Notes: generated by a model from the letters alone, not told the origin. A stretch of 25,864 nt of DNA from an uncultured Nitrososphaerales archaeon (GCA_963709405.1 CAVPXM010000017.1:1-25864); one strand, 5' to 3'; shown: positions 10,173 to 20,071, counted from the first letter of the stretch. Program-made: numbers and translations.

Positions 10173-10516
10173 AGCTTTGCTTCGCCTGATGAGGTAAGGA
10201 CATTTGAAAAAGGGAGGATCGAGATTGTAAACTTTTCAGATAGTGGTGTCACTATGGGTAGAGGGACATTAGAACCAGGGTGGAGTTGGGAATAATGTGT
10301 TAAACCACTTGTTAATACAAATAGTTGCCAAGCTCCACATACATCATACATAATCTCGGGTAGAATGAAAGTTAGAATGGATGATGGTACAAAAGTTGAA
10401 GGTGGCCCTGGAGATACTGCTGTAATACCACCTGGACACAATGCATTGGTTGTCGGAGATGAACATGTATTATGATTAACTTTACTGGTATGAAGGAATA
10501 TGCAAAGAAAGAATGA
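10146..10516 (+). pseudogene. Cupin-domain protein with one nonsense codon and one frameshift
   Basis: MSSAKILAKSFASPDEVRTFEKG...LEPGWSWE*CVKPLVNTNSCQAPHTSYIISGRMKVRMDDG...GPGDTAVIPPGHNALVVGDE / CIMINFTGMKEYAKKE*. TAA at 10293-10295; 1-bp loss near 10464. Confidence 0.9.
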
Positions 10517-10642
10517 AGGATTATAGAGGAATCATTTATTGGAGTTTGTAACAGAAGATAGTTCATGTCATCCATATAACAAGTAACAATGATCGGAACT
10601 CTATGGTTACAAGGAATACACAACTAACAGATTAGCTATCAG

Positions 10643-10882
10643 TTGGGCCAGGCAATAAACGGATGTAAAGACATAACTACAAACAGTCCCAATAACGAGC
10701 TGAAATCTTGCAACATATTCATGGCCGCGATATTCAACTACTGCTTAACACACACCAAGATAGCAAACAAAGATAACAACATATGTTCAGACGATCTCTA
10801 TCTCACAAATGTGCCACTGTACGTAAAAGAGAATGTGAATCTAAAGCAGTTTCCATTTACAATATACAATATTAGGCCATGA
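10643..10882 (+). CDS. Hypothetical Cys-containing protein or fragment of a secreted protein
   Basis: 79-aa ORF with four spaced Cys and a TTG start; probably 5'-truncated. No recognised motif. Confidence 0.3.
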   Translation: MGQAINGCKDITTNSPNNELKSCNIFMAAIFNYCLTHTKIANKDNNICSDDLYLTNVPLYVKENVNLKQFPFTIYNIRP

Positions 10883-11588
10883 GAAGTCGACTAATTTGGA
10901 TGAATCGATTGTGTATTGATGCTATTTAATTTCGCACGAACCAATTCGAAAAAGAAAGCGAATAACAAATTTCTGGACACTTTCTAGGAAGTAGTTTTGG
11001 ATTTGCCTTTCTTAAGTTTTGTACCTTCTAACAAAGATGAATATGAACACAGAAAAACTCTTAGTTAGGTATGAGAACTTATTATTTGCGCTACTTAGTT
11101 TAGGCTCTTGTATGGTTATCTACAGGATGATAATTTTGGGATGGCTTTTTGGTTAGTATGTGCCACTATACATGGTATGTAAATCTTATTATAGGATAAT
11201 ATGCGACTTGATAATGACTGCAAACAAGCAATCACTTAGCTGCAACTGTCACCCCCATTAAAATGAGATTTTTTCGTTATCGTAGACACCATGAGTATAA
11301 CAGACCTAATATTACCAGGTTTATTACAACCTGTTTTCTTCTGAATAGATTTTCGAGACACAAAGACTTGTGATTACTATTCTTCCTTCCTACGTGGTAC
11401 ATTTTATTCTTTAGGGATGATTAGCGACTAACAAAAAACAATTGCCTTCACAAATTAAAAACAGGGTAATTCATGAGTGCACGTTGCCGATTTTTACTGT
11501 AGTGAATTCTAATGTGTACGCCTCTCCACCTGCTAGTGGCCAAAGGGCTCAGACAAGAGATGTAGGTACGTTGATACCGGTGTAATAC

Positions 11589-12494
11589 TTATTGACGCTC
11601 CAATGCGCGTCGATCCCAGTTAGCACAATTTGCGGCTGCCTCATAAGTGCTTTGTAGGAATGACAGCAAAATCTCATCAGGTGAATTCGAGGTTCGGACC
11701 ACATTGTAGGGCAACAGGAACTCACTTATCCCTGAGTGGTAGAACGCCTTGGGTGGTTGGATTGGATAGTCTTTAAAGCCCTGAGGCTCGGGATAGGCAT
11801 ACGCATAGAACGCTGGTTCATCGACCAGACCACCACCAGGCCAGAAACCGCAACTACTCACTTCATGCGAATAGGCTTCCTGCATCACAAAAAGACCGCA
11901 GTTTGGTACGCCCGGATGCTTAGGCGCTGGACGTCCGGAAAATCGAGTGACTGCCATATCAAAGGCTCCCCAGAAAAAATGTATTGGGCTCACCTTACCG
12001 ATGAACCGGGAACGAAACTTTGTCAGTACTCTGTCGGATTGCACCAAAATGCGCCAGACTCGTTGCGCATATTCTGCATCATAGGCCGCATGTTTTTGAT
12101 CCTCCTCGAATGGGGTCCGATCCTGCACTTCTACTGGCGTAGTCCAAATGGTTACAGGCATCCCAAGGGATCCTAAGGTCGTCATTATTTCTTTATAAAA
12201 CTCTGCTACTGAGCACGGTCGTAGAGCGAATGTCTTGACAGAACCGTCAGTTGTTTCTATGAGCAGTAAGTGAGAAATGAAATCAAAGTTTATTTGAAAG
12301 AGTCGGTCCCCGTAGGGTATTGCAGATGTCGTGAGTCCACGAGGGGTGACATAAAGAGGAACATTCCACCAATGGTTTTCAAGGGGTGTAAGTGCAAGCC
12401 GAATCTTGCCTACGATTTGGGTCCACATATGCAGAGTAGCAAGAGTGTCCTTCCACTCTGCTAACGGCAGCTCAGGCCATGGGTTCATAGTCAT
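11589..12494 (-). CDS. DUF5996 family protein (Ava_C0101-like), 301 aa
   Basis: Characteristic WPELPLAEWKDTLATLHMWTQIVGKIRL, NHWWNVPLYVTPRGLTT, FFWGAFDMAVTRFSGR, EAYSHEVSSCGFWPG. GC visibly above the flanks. Confidence 0.9.
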   Translation of the reverse strand: MTMNPWPELPLAEWKDTLATLHMWTQIVGKIRLALTPLENHWWNVPLYVTPRGLTTSAIPYGDRLFQINFDFISHLLLIETTDGSVKTFALRPCSVAEFYKEIMTTLGSLGMPVTIWTTPVEVQDRTPFEEDQKHAAYDAEYAQRVWRILVQSDRVLTKFRSRFIGKVSPIHFFWGAFDMAVTRFSGRPAPKHPGVPNCGLFVMQEAYSHEVSSCGFWPGGGLVDEPAFYAYAYPEPQGFKDYPIQPPKAFYHSGISEFLLPYNVVRTSNSPDEILLSFLQSTYEAAANCANWDRRALERQ

Positions 12495-12674
12495 TGATTT
12501 TCAAATATTAATACTAATACCGTAATAAAATTCAACCAATCGATATTATATAGTTTGATGATGATACGAATAGAAATTTGAAAGCTAACATAGAAAAAAG
12601 ATAGTTGGCTATTAACTCCCTGATAGGTGATTCATTCCTTAAAAGGTCCTAAGTATATCTCATATCGAGTAATT

Positions 12675-12953
12675 ATGAGCCTCTTTCCAAATGAAGATAT
12701 TCTTACTAAAGAGATAGATTCATGGAAAGGTTTTGTGGACAGTCCATCCTCCTCTGATAATAGAGTAGTATTCATGAAGATGTTACACGATTGTTACAAA
12801 TTTGCTAGCGCCATCAATGCTAAGGGTGATCCTTTTCCTAATGAGCCTTTAATCATGACATTGCTGCTATCACAGCATAAGATCATCGAATGGTTAACTG
12901 ATAAAATATCGAGGCATTTTAGTAAAAGTCTGGAGAGTGAATTTAAAATCTAA
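12675..12953 (+). CDS. Conserved hypothetical protein (92 aa)
   Basis: MSLFPNEDILTKEIDSWKGF...AINAKGDPFPNEPLIMTLLLSQHKII resembles a multicopy Nitrososphaeraceae family. ATG 12675 preferred over the GTG at 12627. Confidence 0.75.
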   Translation: MSLFPNEDILTKEIDSWKGFVDSPSSSDNRVVFMKMLHDCYKFASAINAKGDPFPNEPLIMTLLLSQHKIIEWLTDKISRHFSKSLESEFKI

Positions 12954-13161
12954 ATTTCATTATTATGACCAATCTAACCGCTACAGTCAACATTACTAGT
13001 GGTTTGCATATGGCTTGTCTAGATTAACATTAAGATTAGACTAGACTGGATATATTTGCAAAGATACCGATAGGATTGGATTTTGCATTTTGCGCCCGAA
13101 ATACCCGGAATAATTTCATATCCAAAATAGACTCTATTATACATTTTAATAAGTAATGTAT

Positions 13162-13305
13162 ATGGCATTATGTCCTATTTGTAAAAAGAAATTGAGTGAA
13201 CATTCCGAGTTGCAAGATAAAATGTGTAAAATGATCACGATAAAGCAGTTTGCAAACAACTCTCCTGGTTATGATGTTCAGTTTAGACCTTTCTTCGAAG
13301 AATAA
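13162..13305 (+). CDS. 47-aa putative zinc-binding microprotein (CxxC-x5-H-x7-C)
   Basis: Hand translation MALCPICKKKLSEHSELQDKMCKMITIKQFANNSPGYDVQFRPFFEE*. TATA-like tattatac at about 13135. Alternative in-frame ATG at 13156. Confidence 0.65.
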   Translation: MALCPICKKKLSEHSELQDKMCKMITIKQFANNSPGYDVQFRPFFEE

Positions 13306-13424
13306 GATCAAATACAATTATCAGGGTGTATGTGGATAGGTGAATCCTTAGATATATTTCCAAGCAGATCTATTGCTGAGTTTGTAATGGTCCTTCAACT
13401 CACCAGCTCACAGTTGTTGAATTG

Positions 13425-13602
13425 ATTATTTGGCACGCATCTTATGATAGAAATGCACATAAATTTTTATCATCATACTGAGGCATCATCTATACATTTG
13501 ATGTCTCATTTTCTAAAAATGTTTATAATCCAATATGCTGCACATCTGTACTAGAGAAGACTTTTTCCGATATAAATTAGCAGGATTTCATTTAAATCCG
13601 AT
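13425..13602 (+). repeat. Copy B of the three-copy promoter/leader module (distal part only)
   Basis: Collinear with the reverse complement of about 24982-25168. Includes tttataat and GGATTT-cattt-AAATCC (13583-13599). Confidence 0.85.
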
Positions 13603-13810
13603 TTGGGCTATATTCACGCAAGCTTTGAGGGCAGTTCAGCATATGAGATGCCGGTGAGGTGTGGGGAGCGAGTCTGGAGTCGATAAGCTCGTCGTGATTA
13701 GAACAGTTAATTGAGAAATAAGCTTGGGGAAGTTTCAGCATTATAAGCTAGATTATATTTTTATAGATTAACAAACATGTTTTTGTAATCGCATTTTCTA
13801 TATTCATAAT

Positions 13811-13966
13811 ATGTTGAATGTCAAATTGATTATTCTAATACTTGTCATAGTCGCTGCAATTGCTGCGATCTTCTTTTTCTTTGTACTGACTAGAGTTCCT
13901 GCTGATTTCATTCAAATCCTCATGATGCAAGTAAGTTCAGTAAAATTATTCAAAGTTATTTTGTGA
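13811..13966 (+). CDS. 51-aa single-pass membrane microprotein
   Basis: MLNVKLIILILVIVAAIAAIFFFFVLTRVPADFIQILMMQVSSVKLFKVIL*; unbroken 21-residue hydrophobic run. Confidence 0.45.
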   Translation: MLNVKLIILILVIVAAIAAIFFFFVLTRVPADFIQILMMQVSSVKLFKVIL

Positions 13967-14107
13967 AATTCTTCCATCATATTCTTTTGAACAAAACATA
14001 AACCTAAGGAATGTATCATATCCTAATAACATTGTTAACTAAGCTGAGCTGCGTTTCCCCGTATAGCACGACTAGGGTGCAGACAACTCTTCAATCTAAA
14101 GAAAGAT

Positions 14108-14182
14108 ATGAATAAGCCTAACTGGGTCTGTAGTAATTGTAGTATGTGGTCATCACGAAAATCAAGTGTCAAGCGTCATATT
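14108..14182 (+). pseudogene. N-terminal C2H2-type zinc-finger fragment
   Basis: MNKPNWVCSNCSMWSSRKSSVKRHI, then sequence that no longer looks like the family. Confidence 0.55.
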
Positions 14183-14320
14183 GGTTCACATCGACTAATT
14201 GCTACTATCTATAGATATCCTCAATTTGCAGACTCGACAGATTTGTTGAATACATCGCAAGTCCAGAAAATTTTACCTATCCATACAATCAGCTAGCCAT
14301 GAGTAAGTTTGGGGAATCTT

Positions 14321-14863
14321 AATAGCTCTGAAGTCAAGCGGTTAGTTGTCATGGATTCCGTGATTCCCGGTTTCCTACCTGTCAAGGCCCAGTCAATATG
14401 GTGGTTTTCATTCCATCAAACACCCGATTTGCCAGAAGCTCTTGTAAACGGAAAAGAGACAACATATCTATCATGGTTCTATCATAATCTTGCGTATAAT
14501 CCAGTCTGCAATAACTCAGGCAGATATCAACGAATATGTTACCCATTATTCTGCCCCAGGCGGAATGCGTGCCGGATTTGAATATTATCGAGCTTTTCCT
14601 CAGGAAGCGATTCAAAATATGAATTATTCAAAGACCAAGCTTACTATGGCGGTACTGGCGTTAGGAGGAGGATATAATCAATTTAATCGAGGTAATATCA
14701 CTATGTCTCCTATCATATATGCGATGAAAATATTAGCTCAAGATGTTAGGGGGCGTTATGGTTCCCAATTCAGGACACTGGATTCCAGAAGAGCAGCCGA
14801 CAGTTCGTTATAAAACAGCTCGCCAATTTCTTTGGCGGTAATTCTACTGCAACTAGTAAATGA
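14321..14863 (+). pseudogene. Alpha/beta hydrolase (epoxide hydrolase-like), C-terminal two-thirds with several frameshifts
   Basis: Across frames: EVKRLVVMD, WWFSFHQTPDLPEALV, YSAPGGMRAGFEYYRAF, VLALGG, NSGHWIPEEQP, LANFFGGNSTATSK*. The nucleophile elbow region is missing. Confidence 0.85.
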
Positions 14864-14872
14864 GGAATTCCC

Positions 14873-14941
14873 ATGACATCTAATCGAAAGGTTGCGATTG
14901 TAACAGGCGGCAGTTCTGGTATTGGAAGGGCAACCGCGATA
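14873..14941 (+). pseudogene. SDR N-terminal stub (about 23 codons)
   Basis: MTSNRKVAIVTGGSSGIGRATAI directly after the hydrolase stop, then truncated. Confidence 0.75.
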
Positions 14942-14988
14942 TATGTATTGATTTAGCGGTTGCTTCCGACCATAACCATTGCTGTTCA

Positions 14989-15574
14989 TCAATCATTTTC
15001 GTTTTGTAAAGGCAGACCCTCTATTCCTCCCATGTCTATTGTTTCCAAGCCAAATTTTGTGAGAAAATTATTTACTACATTTTTTTTGGCTTCGTCATCA
15101 TTTCCACATATAAAACATGATAGGTGGACCACCAAGAAAATCTGGATGTACCAAATGCATATTCCAGACCATGTTAAACGCTTTTATTACTTTGGAATCC
15201 GGCAGCATGCGCTGAACAATCTCGCCAGCTGAGTCTGTGTAACCTACTGCTAGTCTTGGTGACATTCTTCCAGTATAATCCCAAGGATTAGTAACATCAA
15301 TCACAGCTTTTCCAACAAGATTCTTAGCATCAGCCATTTTTATAGCGTTAGAAGTTCTAGCCCATAAAGTTGCAAGCACATCTAATTCACCAAACGATGC
15401 TGTCTCAGCAAATGTCCCTGATGATACATTTCTCTTGTTATGCTTGGCAATCCATTCAGCTACCTTCTTTTGGTTTGGGTCACGTGATCCAATTTTGACT
15501 GTATGTCCAATTTCACTGAAGCCATCAGCTAGCTTACGGCGTGCATCTCCGGATCCTAATATTCCAATTTTCAT
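14989..15574 (-). pseudogene. F420-dependent NADP oxidoreductase family protein, frameshifted and 3'-truncated
   Basis: MKIGILGSG, VIDVTNP, SAGEIVQ, VIKAFN. An extra T near 15113 shifts to ICGNDDEAKK...IDMGGIEG, after which homology stops (about 15016). Confidence 0.85.
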
Positions 15575-15733
15575 AATAAATATCGTTCTCGTTCTGATTC
15601 ATACTTGTTGCATCTGGGGCCATTATGCAATCACTATTTGTCGATAGTACTATGATCACCATCACTACAGTATTTGACTAGACTTCTTGATACTAAGAAG
15701 ATGTATAGAGCAAAAGACAATCAGAGTTTAGCG

Positions 15734-17422
15734 CTATTCCTGGAGTATTTTATGAACAAATGAGATCGCAATTGATCCTTCGCCGACTGCTGATGCAACA
15801 CGCTTGATGCTGCCGCCCCTCACGTCACCCACAGCGAAAACACCTGGCAAACTGGTTTCAAGCAAGTATGGTTGACGTGTAAGAGGCCAGCCTGCAGTGC
15901 TCAGATTTTCTTGTAACAAGTCGGAACCCGTCATTATGAAGCCTTTAGCGTCGAGTGCGACGCAGCCATCTAGCCAACGTGTGTTTGGATCGGCGCCTGT
16001 CATAATGAATACGTGTTTGATTTCGTGCTCCTCAATCTGTCCCGTTTTATTGTTTCGCCAGCGAACTAATTCTAGATGATCACCGCCTTCGACTGCCACG
16101 ATCTCAGTGTACGGCCGTAATACTATCGTAGCACTCTCTTCGATCCGGCGAATCAGGTAGCGTGACATGCTCCCGGCTAAACCAGCAGACCTGACTAGCA
16201 TGTGTACGTGCTTTGTAGTCTCCGCTAGAAACACGGCAGCCTGACCGGCTGAGTTTCCTCCTCCAACCACAATTACTTCCTCTCCACCACACAACTGCGC
16301 TTCCACAAAGGTCGCACCATAATAGACGCCCGCGCCTTCAAAGCGCGACAAGTTTTTGCATGGCGGTCTTCTATACTCCGCCCCGGTTGCAATCACGACA
16401 GCGCGTGTCGGAATTCGAGCCCCGTTCTCGACCTCGACGACGTACGGTTTGTGCTCGCAGACGAGTCGAGTGCCCTTAGCAATGAGCATCTCCGCGCCGA
16501 ACTTCTGCGCCTGGTGGTACGCCCGAGCTGCGAGCTCCTGGCCCGAGATACCTATGGGAAATCCCAAGTAATTTTCGATTTTTGAGCTTGAACCCGCCTG
16601 GCCGCCAGGAAAACTGGTTTCAAGCATCAGAACGTCAAGCCCTTCTGAAGCACCATATACCGCCGCAGCCAATCCCGAGGGACCAGCGCCGATGATGACG
16701 AGATCGCGCACCTGGCTTTGGTTAATAGATTCGTTGAAACCGAGGCAGTCTGCGATTTGCTGGTTACTGGGATTCCGAAGCACAATCTTGCCTCGGCAGA
16801 TCACCACCGGTATCTCACTGGCGGCGATATGAAAGCTATCCAGTAGATTCTGTACGTCAGGGTCGCGTTCGAGGTCTATGTAGGAGTAAGGATGTCCATT
16901 GCGCATTAGGAACTCTTTGATCCGAAGCGTATCGGCCGAATGCGTTGACCCAATGAGCACAACATCTCCCATGCCAGCCGCCACCAATTCAACCCTGCGG
17001 AGAATGAAAGCCCGCGTCAGGATTTCGCCAAGCTCAGCATCGCTCTGGATCAAAGCCAGCATGTGTTGCCGATCCAGTTCGATCACCTTACCTGGCTTAG
17101 TGGCACGCACTCGAAAGAGAGTCCGCCGGCCGGACAGCGTGCCGACCTCGCCTGTGAACTGACCAGAGCTATGGACGGTGACAAGGGTCTCAACGGCGCC
17201 CACAGGACGTACAACCTCAAGCACGCCGGAGACAACGACAAAGAATGGCGCGGCGCTATCTCCCTGCTCGTAGAGCACTTCGCCACGCTCTGTCGTACGC
17301 ATATGCCCGCGCGCTGCAATACGACGAATCTGCGCTGGCGTTAATTTCGGAAATATCTGCTCAACATGAGCTCTGATTAGAGGAAGTCCCCTGCGTGTAT
17401 TGCTCATAGGGGTCGTTTCCAC
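15734..17422 (-). CDS. cNMP-binding domain fused to thioredoxin-reductase-like FAD/NAD(P)H oxidoreductase (562 aa)
   Basis: cNMP domain (GEVLYEQGD, FFVVVSG, GQFTGE); GAGPSG; GGQAGSSSKIENYLGFP; VIATGA; GGGNSAG; VFAVGDVR. Start is either GTG 17422 (GAGGAG upstream) or ATG 17407. Confidence 0.95.
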   Translation of the reverse strand: METTPMSNTRRGLPLIRAHVEQIFPKLTPAQIRRIAARGHMRTTERGEVLYEQGDSAAPFFVVVSGVLEVVRPVGAVETLVTVHSSGQFTGEVGTLSGRRTLFRVRATKPGKVIELDRQHMLALIQSDAELGEILTRAFILRRVELVAAGMGDVVLIGSTHSADTLRIKEFLMRNGHPYSYIDLERDPDVQNLLDSFHIAASEIPVVICRGKIVLRNPSNQQIADCLGFNESINQSQVRDLVIIGAGPSGLAAAVYGASEGLDVLMLETSFPGGQAGSSSKIENYLGFPIGISGQELAARAYHQAQKFGAEMLIAKGTRLVCEHKPYVVEVENGARIPTRAVVIATGAEYRRPPCKNLSRFEGAGVYYGATFVEAQLCGGEEVIVVGGGNSAGQAAVFLAETTKHVHMLVRSAGLAGSMSRYLIRRIEESATIVLRPYTEIVAVEGGDHLELVRWRNNKTGQIEEHEIKHVFIMTGADPNTRWLDGCVALDAKGFIMTGSDLLQENLSTAGWPLTRQPYLLETSLPGVFAVGDVRGGSIKRVASAVGEGSIAISFVHKILQE

Positions 17423-17600
17423 TGCAGTTGCTCCTCATAAATCAATACTCGAATCTTTCCGCCTTTGATGAATTGCACTTACATTTTTGAAACTCGTAAC
17501 AATAGTTAGATCAAAATCGCTCTCTGTGTCTAATGCCATGACCACTGCTTCGTCTGGCGTTTTAGCAGAAAGCCCATAAAAATTGGTATCCAAAGCCTCT
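17404..17600 (-). pseudogene. 3' remnant of the gene formerly upstream of the cNMP oxidoreductase
   Basis: EALDTNFYGLSAKTPDEAVVMALDTESDFDLTIVTSFKNV / QFIKGGKIRVLIYEEQLQWKRPL*. Its TGA (17404-17406) overlaps ATG 17407 as ATGA. Family not recognised. Confidence 0.4.
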
Positions 17601-17817
17601 CCTCTAATTAGGCATGAATTAAGATAAAGTTTTTCCCATTACATGAATGTTTGAGTTCTGGTTTGACTCTATAGAAAAATGTATGATCAAGTCTTACTTA
17701 TTTCCAGTAGTCAGATAAACTACATTTCCTAATGGCACTAACACAAATCACATTATACGTGCGCATGAAAACATACATTCTCATGGCTGATCATAATGGC
17801 CAACGGTATGCGACTTT

Positions 17818-18090
17818 TCATGTATAGCCGCATCTAACCTCACATCTGGATACTCTTGACGCTCTCCTAATTCTAATTCTAATTTTATTTCCATTACCTT
17901 CTTTCATATTTTTTGTGTAAATGCGAAGTAATGCGTGGTCTCTGTCCTCCCCTGTCAACTCGAATTTTTCGCCGGTGTACCCACTTGATCTGTACCAAAG
18001 TGCCATATCCTTACAATCCAAGAGATGCTTATCTGCTGGTAAGTTATCGATGAATGACATTGATGACATTGATGACACAGAAGAGACCAC
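17818..18090 (-). CDS. Hypothetical protein or fragment
   Basis: The middle is protein-like (WYRSSGYTGEKFELTGED), but both ends derive from short tandem repeats (gacattgat, ctaatt). Confidence 0.25.
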   Translation of the reverse strand: MVSSVSSMSSMSFIDNLPADKHLLDCKDMALWYRSSGYTGEKFELTGEDRDHALLRIYTKNMKEGNGNKIRIRIRRASRVSRCEVRCGYT

Positions 18091-18465
18091 TAAGCCATAT
18101 CGCCGGCGTCCATGTCTAATATATATATGGAATTTATATCCAACGTCTATGTGTTTTGAAATAGTGAATAATAATTAATGCAGGAACCGCCGGCGAAATA
18201 CATCACCTATGAATATAACTGCAATAGTATTGATCCTTTGCTTAACATCACCTATGTCACAGTTCGCAGACTTGTTTTGTTTCTATGAGTACAACATAAT
18301 AAGACCGACTAATCAATGCTATCCTAAGCGGAAAGCAGGTGACTGCTCAAAGAATTCGCAAGATATTCCGAATAAATTGGCAGGTATGATAGCCAAGTAC
18401 GCCTCAAGACCATTAAGGTATATCGAAGGAATATTTCTCAGAATGGAATGTCGGTAATTATTAAT

Positions 18466-19448
18466 TGTTGTACTTGCACAGATAGGTTACATTTTTAATT
18501 ACCTACTTGGGTTACACTTTGCTGCTTAGTTCTTGTATGTGTACTGGATGTACTTAACCTTTGTAGAAACATCTCCGTTGGAGTAGACCGTTTATTCCTC
18601 CATGTTCTCTTGCTTCATTGTACGCTTTGACAAAGATATCATATCTTAGTTTACCATCAACTAAGTTTGGTATATCTTCTATTGCTAGAAATTCATTCTT
18701 TACTATCTTGTTATATGCTTCTATCTTTCCTTGTAACTGCGGATAGGAATTTGGTATTTGTTTATCCTTTATCTGATTGTGTACTAGAAAGCGTCTAAAT
18801 ATTTTGGATACAAATTGCTTTCCATTATCATGCATTATCTTCCTAGGCTTACCATTAATGATTATCCAATCCTCTAATACATTAAGAACATCTACTGACC
18901 TCTTCCTTTCAGACCATCTGCTAGCTACTTTTCTTGAACAGTCGTCTAAACAACTAATGATGTAATTCCTTTGACTGGAATTACTAATATAAAATGGTCC
19001 TAGAATGTCCATCTGTACCATATCATTTGGATGCTTCATGACAAACCGTTTGTAGCCTCTTATTTTGGCCTTACATCTAAGGATATTAAGACAATGTCTC
19101 TTTAGTATCGTATATATAATCTTTCTCAATCTAAACTTGATCCTATTACATCCAAACCTTTTGGTTAATCGTAGATCAAGTATTGTTTCCTGTATTTCAG
19201 ATGTTATCTTCTTGTACTTGATATTATGAGGTCTTCTTGAGTTATCTGTTAGACCTTCTGTTCCTTTCTGTTCATATCTCTTATTCCATTTGTAATACGT
19301 TTTCCTGGATACACCATATCTTTTGCAAATATTGCTTACGGTGTCACCAGTCCATTCTTTTTCGTGGATTAGGTTGAATTTAGTTATGATTTCTATATGT
19401 AACCCATGTTTGTAAGCTATAATGTCACCTATGTTAGGAAGTACAACA
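18466..19448 (-). mobile_element. IS481-family insertion sequence, copy 2 (983 bp, degenerate)
   Basis: Same ends as copy 1 (TGTTGTACT...AGTACAACA). Relative to copy 1 it lacks 22 bp in the start region, 27 bp in frame (GISLSTRTI) and 1 bp near the C-terminus. Flanks ATTAAT / GCTAAT are not a perfect duplication. Confidence 0.92.
18495..19399 (-). pseudogene. IS481-family transposase, inactivated
   Basis: Homologous to 6766-7701. The track's ATG at 19459 lies outside the element. Frameshift after GGINGL. Confidence 0.85.
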
Positions 19449-19736
19449 GCTAATAACATATCATGACAAAATATTGTAAAAGATCCTATATAAGATCTTC
19501 AAGTAATTTTTCGTTATATCCTTCTATTTACGCCTTATCTTTAAAATGTATAAGACTGTGTTACTATCAGACCAGCATACTATACCGTCACATTGTCTAC
19601 AACGATAAATGAAACGAGACTGGGATATCCTTATAGGCTTCAAAATCTTACTAGCCCATAGATTGCAATTACATTCAATGTTATCGAAGTTCGTACAGTA
19701 ATATTATTTATCGTAGTTAAATAAAACTATAGTTGT

Positions 19737-19943
19737 ATGAAAAATGTTAAGGTTAAGATAATATTACGTGCATATCCTAAAACATTTGAATGGGAAGGTC
19801 TCGAAAAATGGAACGAGCATATTAATAAGGAGATTGAAGGCCTAGATATTATCTCAGTCACTCCCATAGGCATGGATGGTGTTTTTATTGTTTATTCATC
19901 GCTATCCTCTGATACCCAGCCTTCTGTGTCATCATCCCAATGA
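19737..19943 (+). CDS. Small hypothetical protein (68 aa)
   Basis: ATG start after an AT-rich promoter-like stretch; beta-alpha-beta-like pattern (IEGLDIISVTPIG...VFIVY). Confidence 0.55.
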   Translation: MKNVKVKIILRAYPKTFEWEGLEKWNEHINKEIEGLDIISVTPIGMDGVFIVYSSLSSDTQPSVSSSQ

Positions 19944-20071
19944 CAACCAGCAGGACATTCCTTATTACCTACTGGTAAAACTAATGTTATGAATGGGTAA
20001 TACCAGTCTGTCGGTGTTACTGATTGAATAATAGCAAGCGACATATACAGTTTGGGCGTATCGGTATCTCC

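Noticed and set aside
6266-10295. Stop-codon readthrough or alternative genetic code explaining in-frame TAA codons
   Set aside because: TAA terminates many intact genes here, and both affected genes have other lesions (truncation, frameshift).
10049-10623. Minus-strand ORFs of 130 and 83 aa
   Set aside because: Antisense to the cupin pseudogene.
11736-17344. Numerous short ORFs inside DUF5996, hydrolase, F420 and flavoprotein genes
   Set aside because: Alternate-frame or antisense shadows favoured by higher GC.
6737-19448. Composite transposon formed by the two IS481 copies
   Set aside because: Copy 1 has its own perfect target duplication, the outer flanks do not match and the copies are diverged.
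18554-19459. 301-aa transposase as an intact CDS
   Set aside because: Its ATG lies outside the IS end, and it has an internal deletion and a C-terminal frameshift.
19515-19700. Minus-strand open frame with CNC...CRQC (zinc-ribbon-like)
   Set aside because: No start codon ahead of the first Cys cluster; possible remnant but unsupported.
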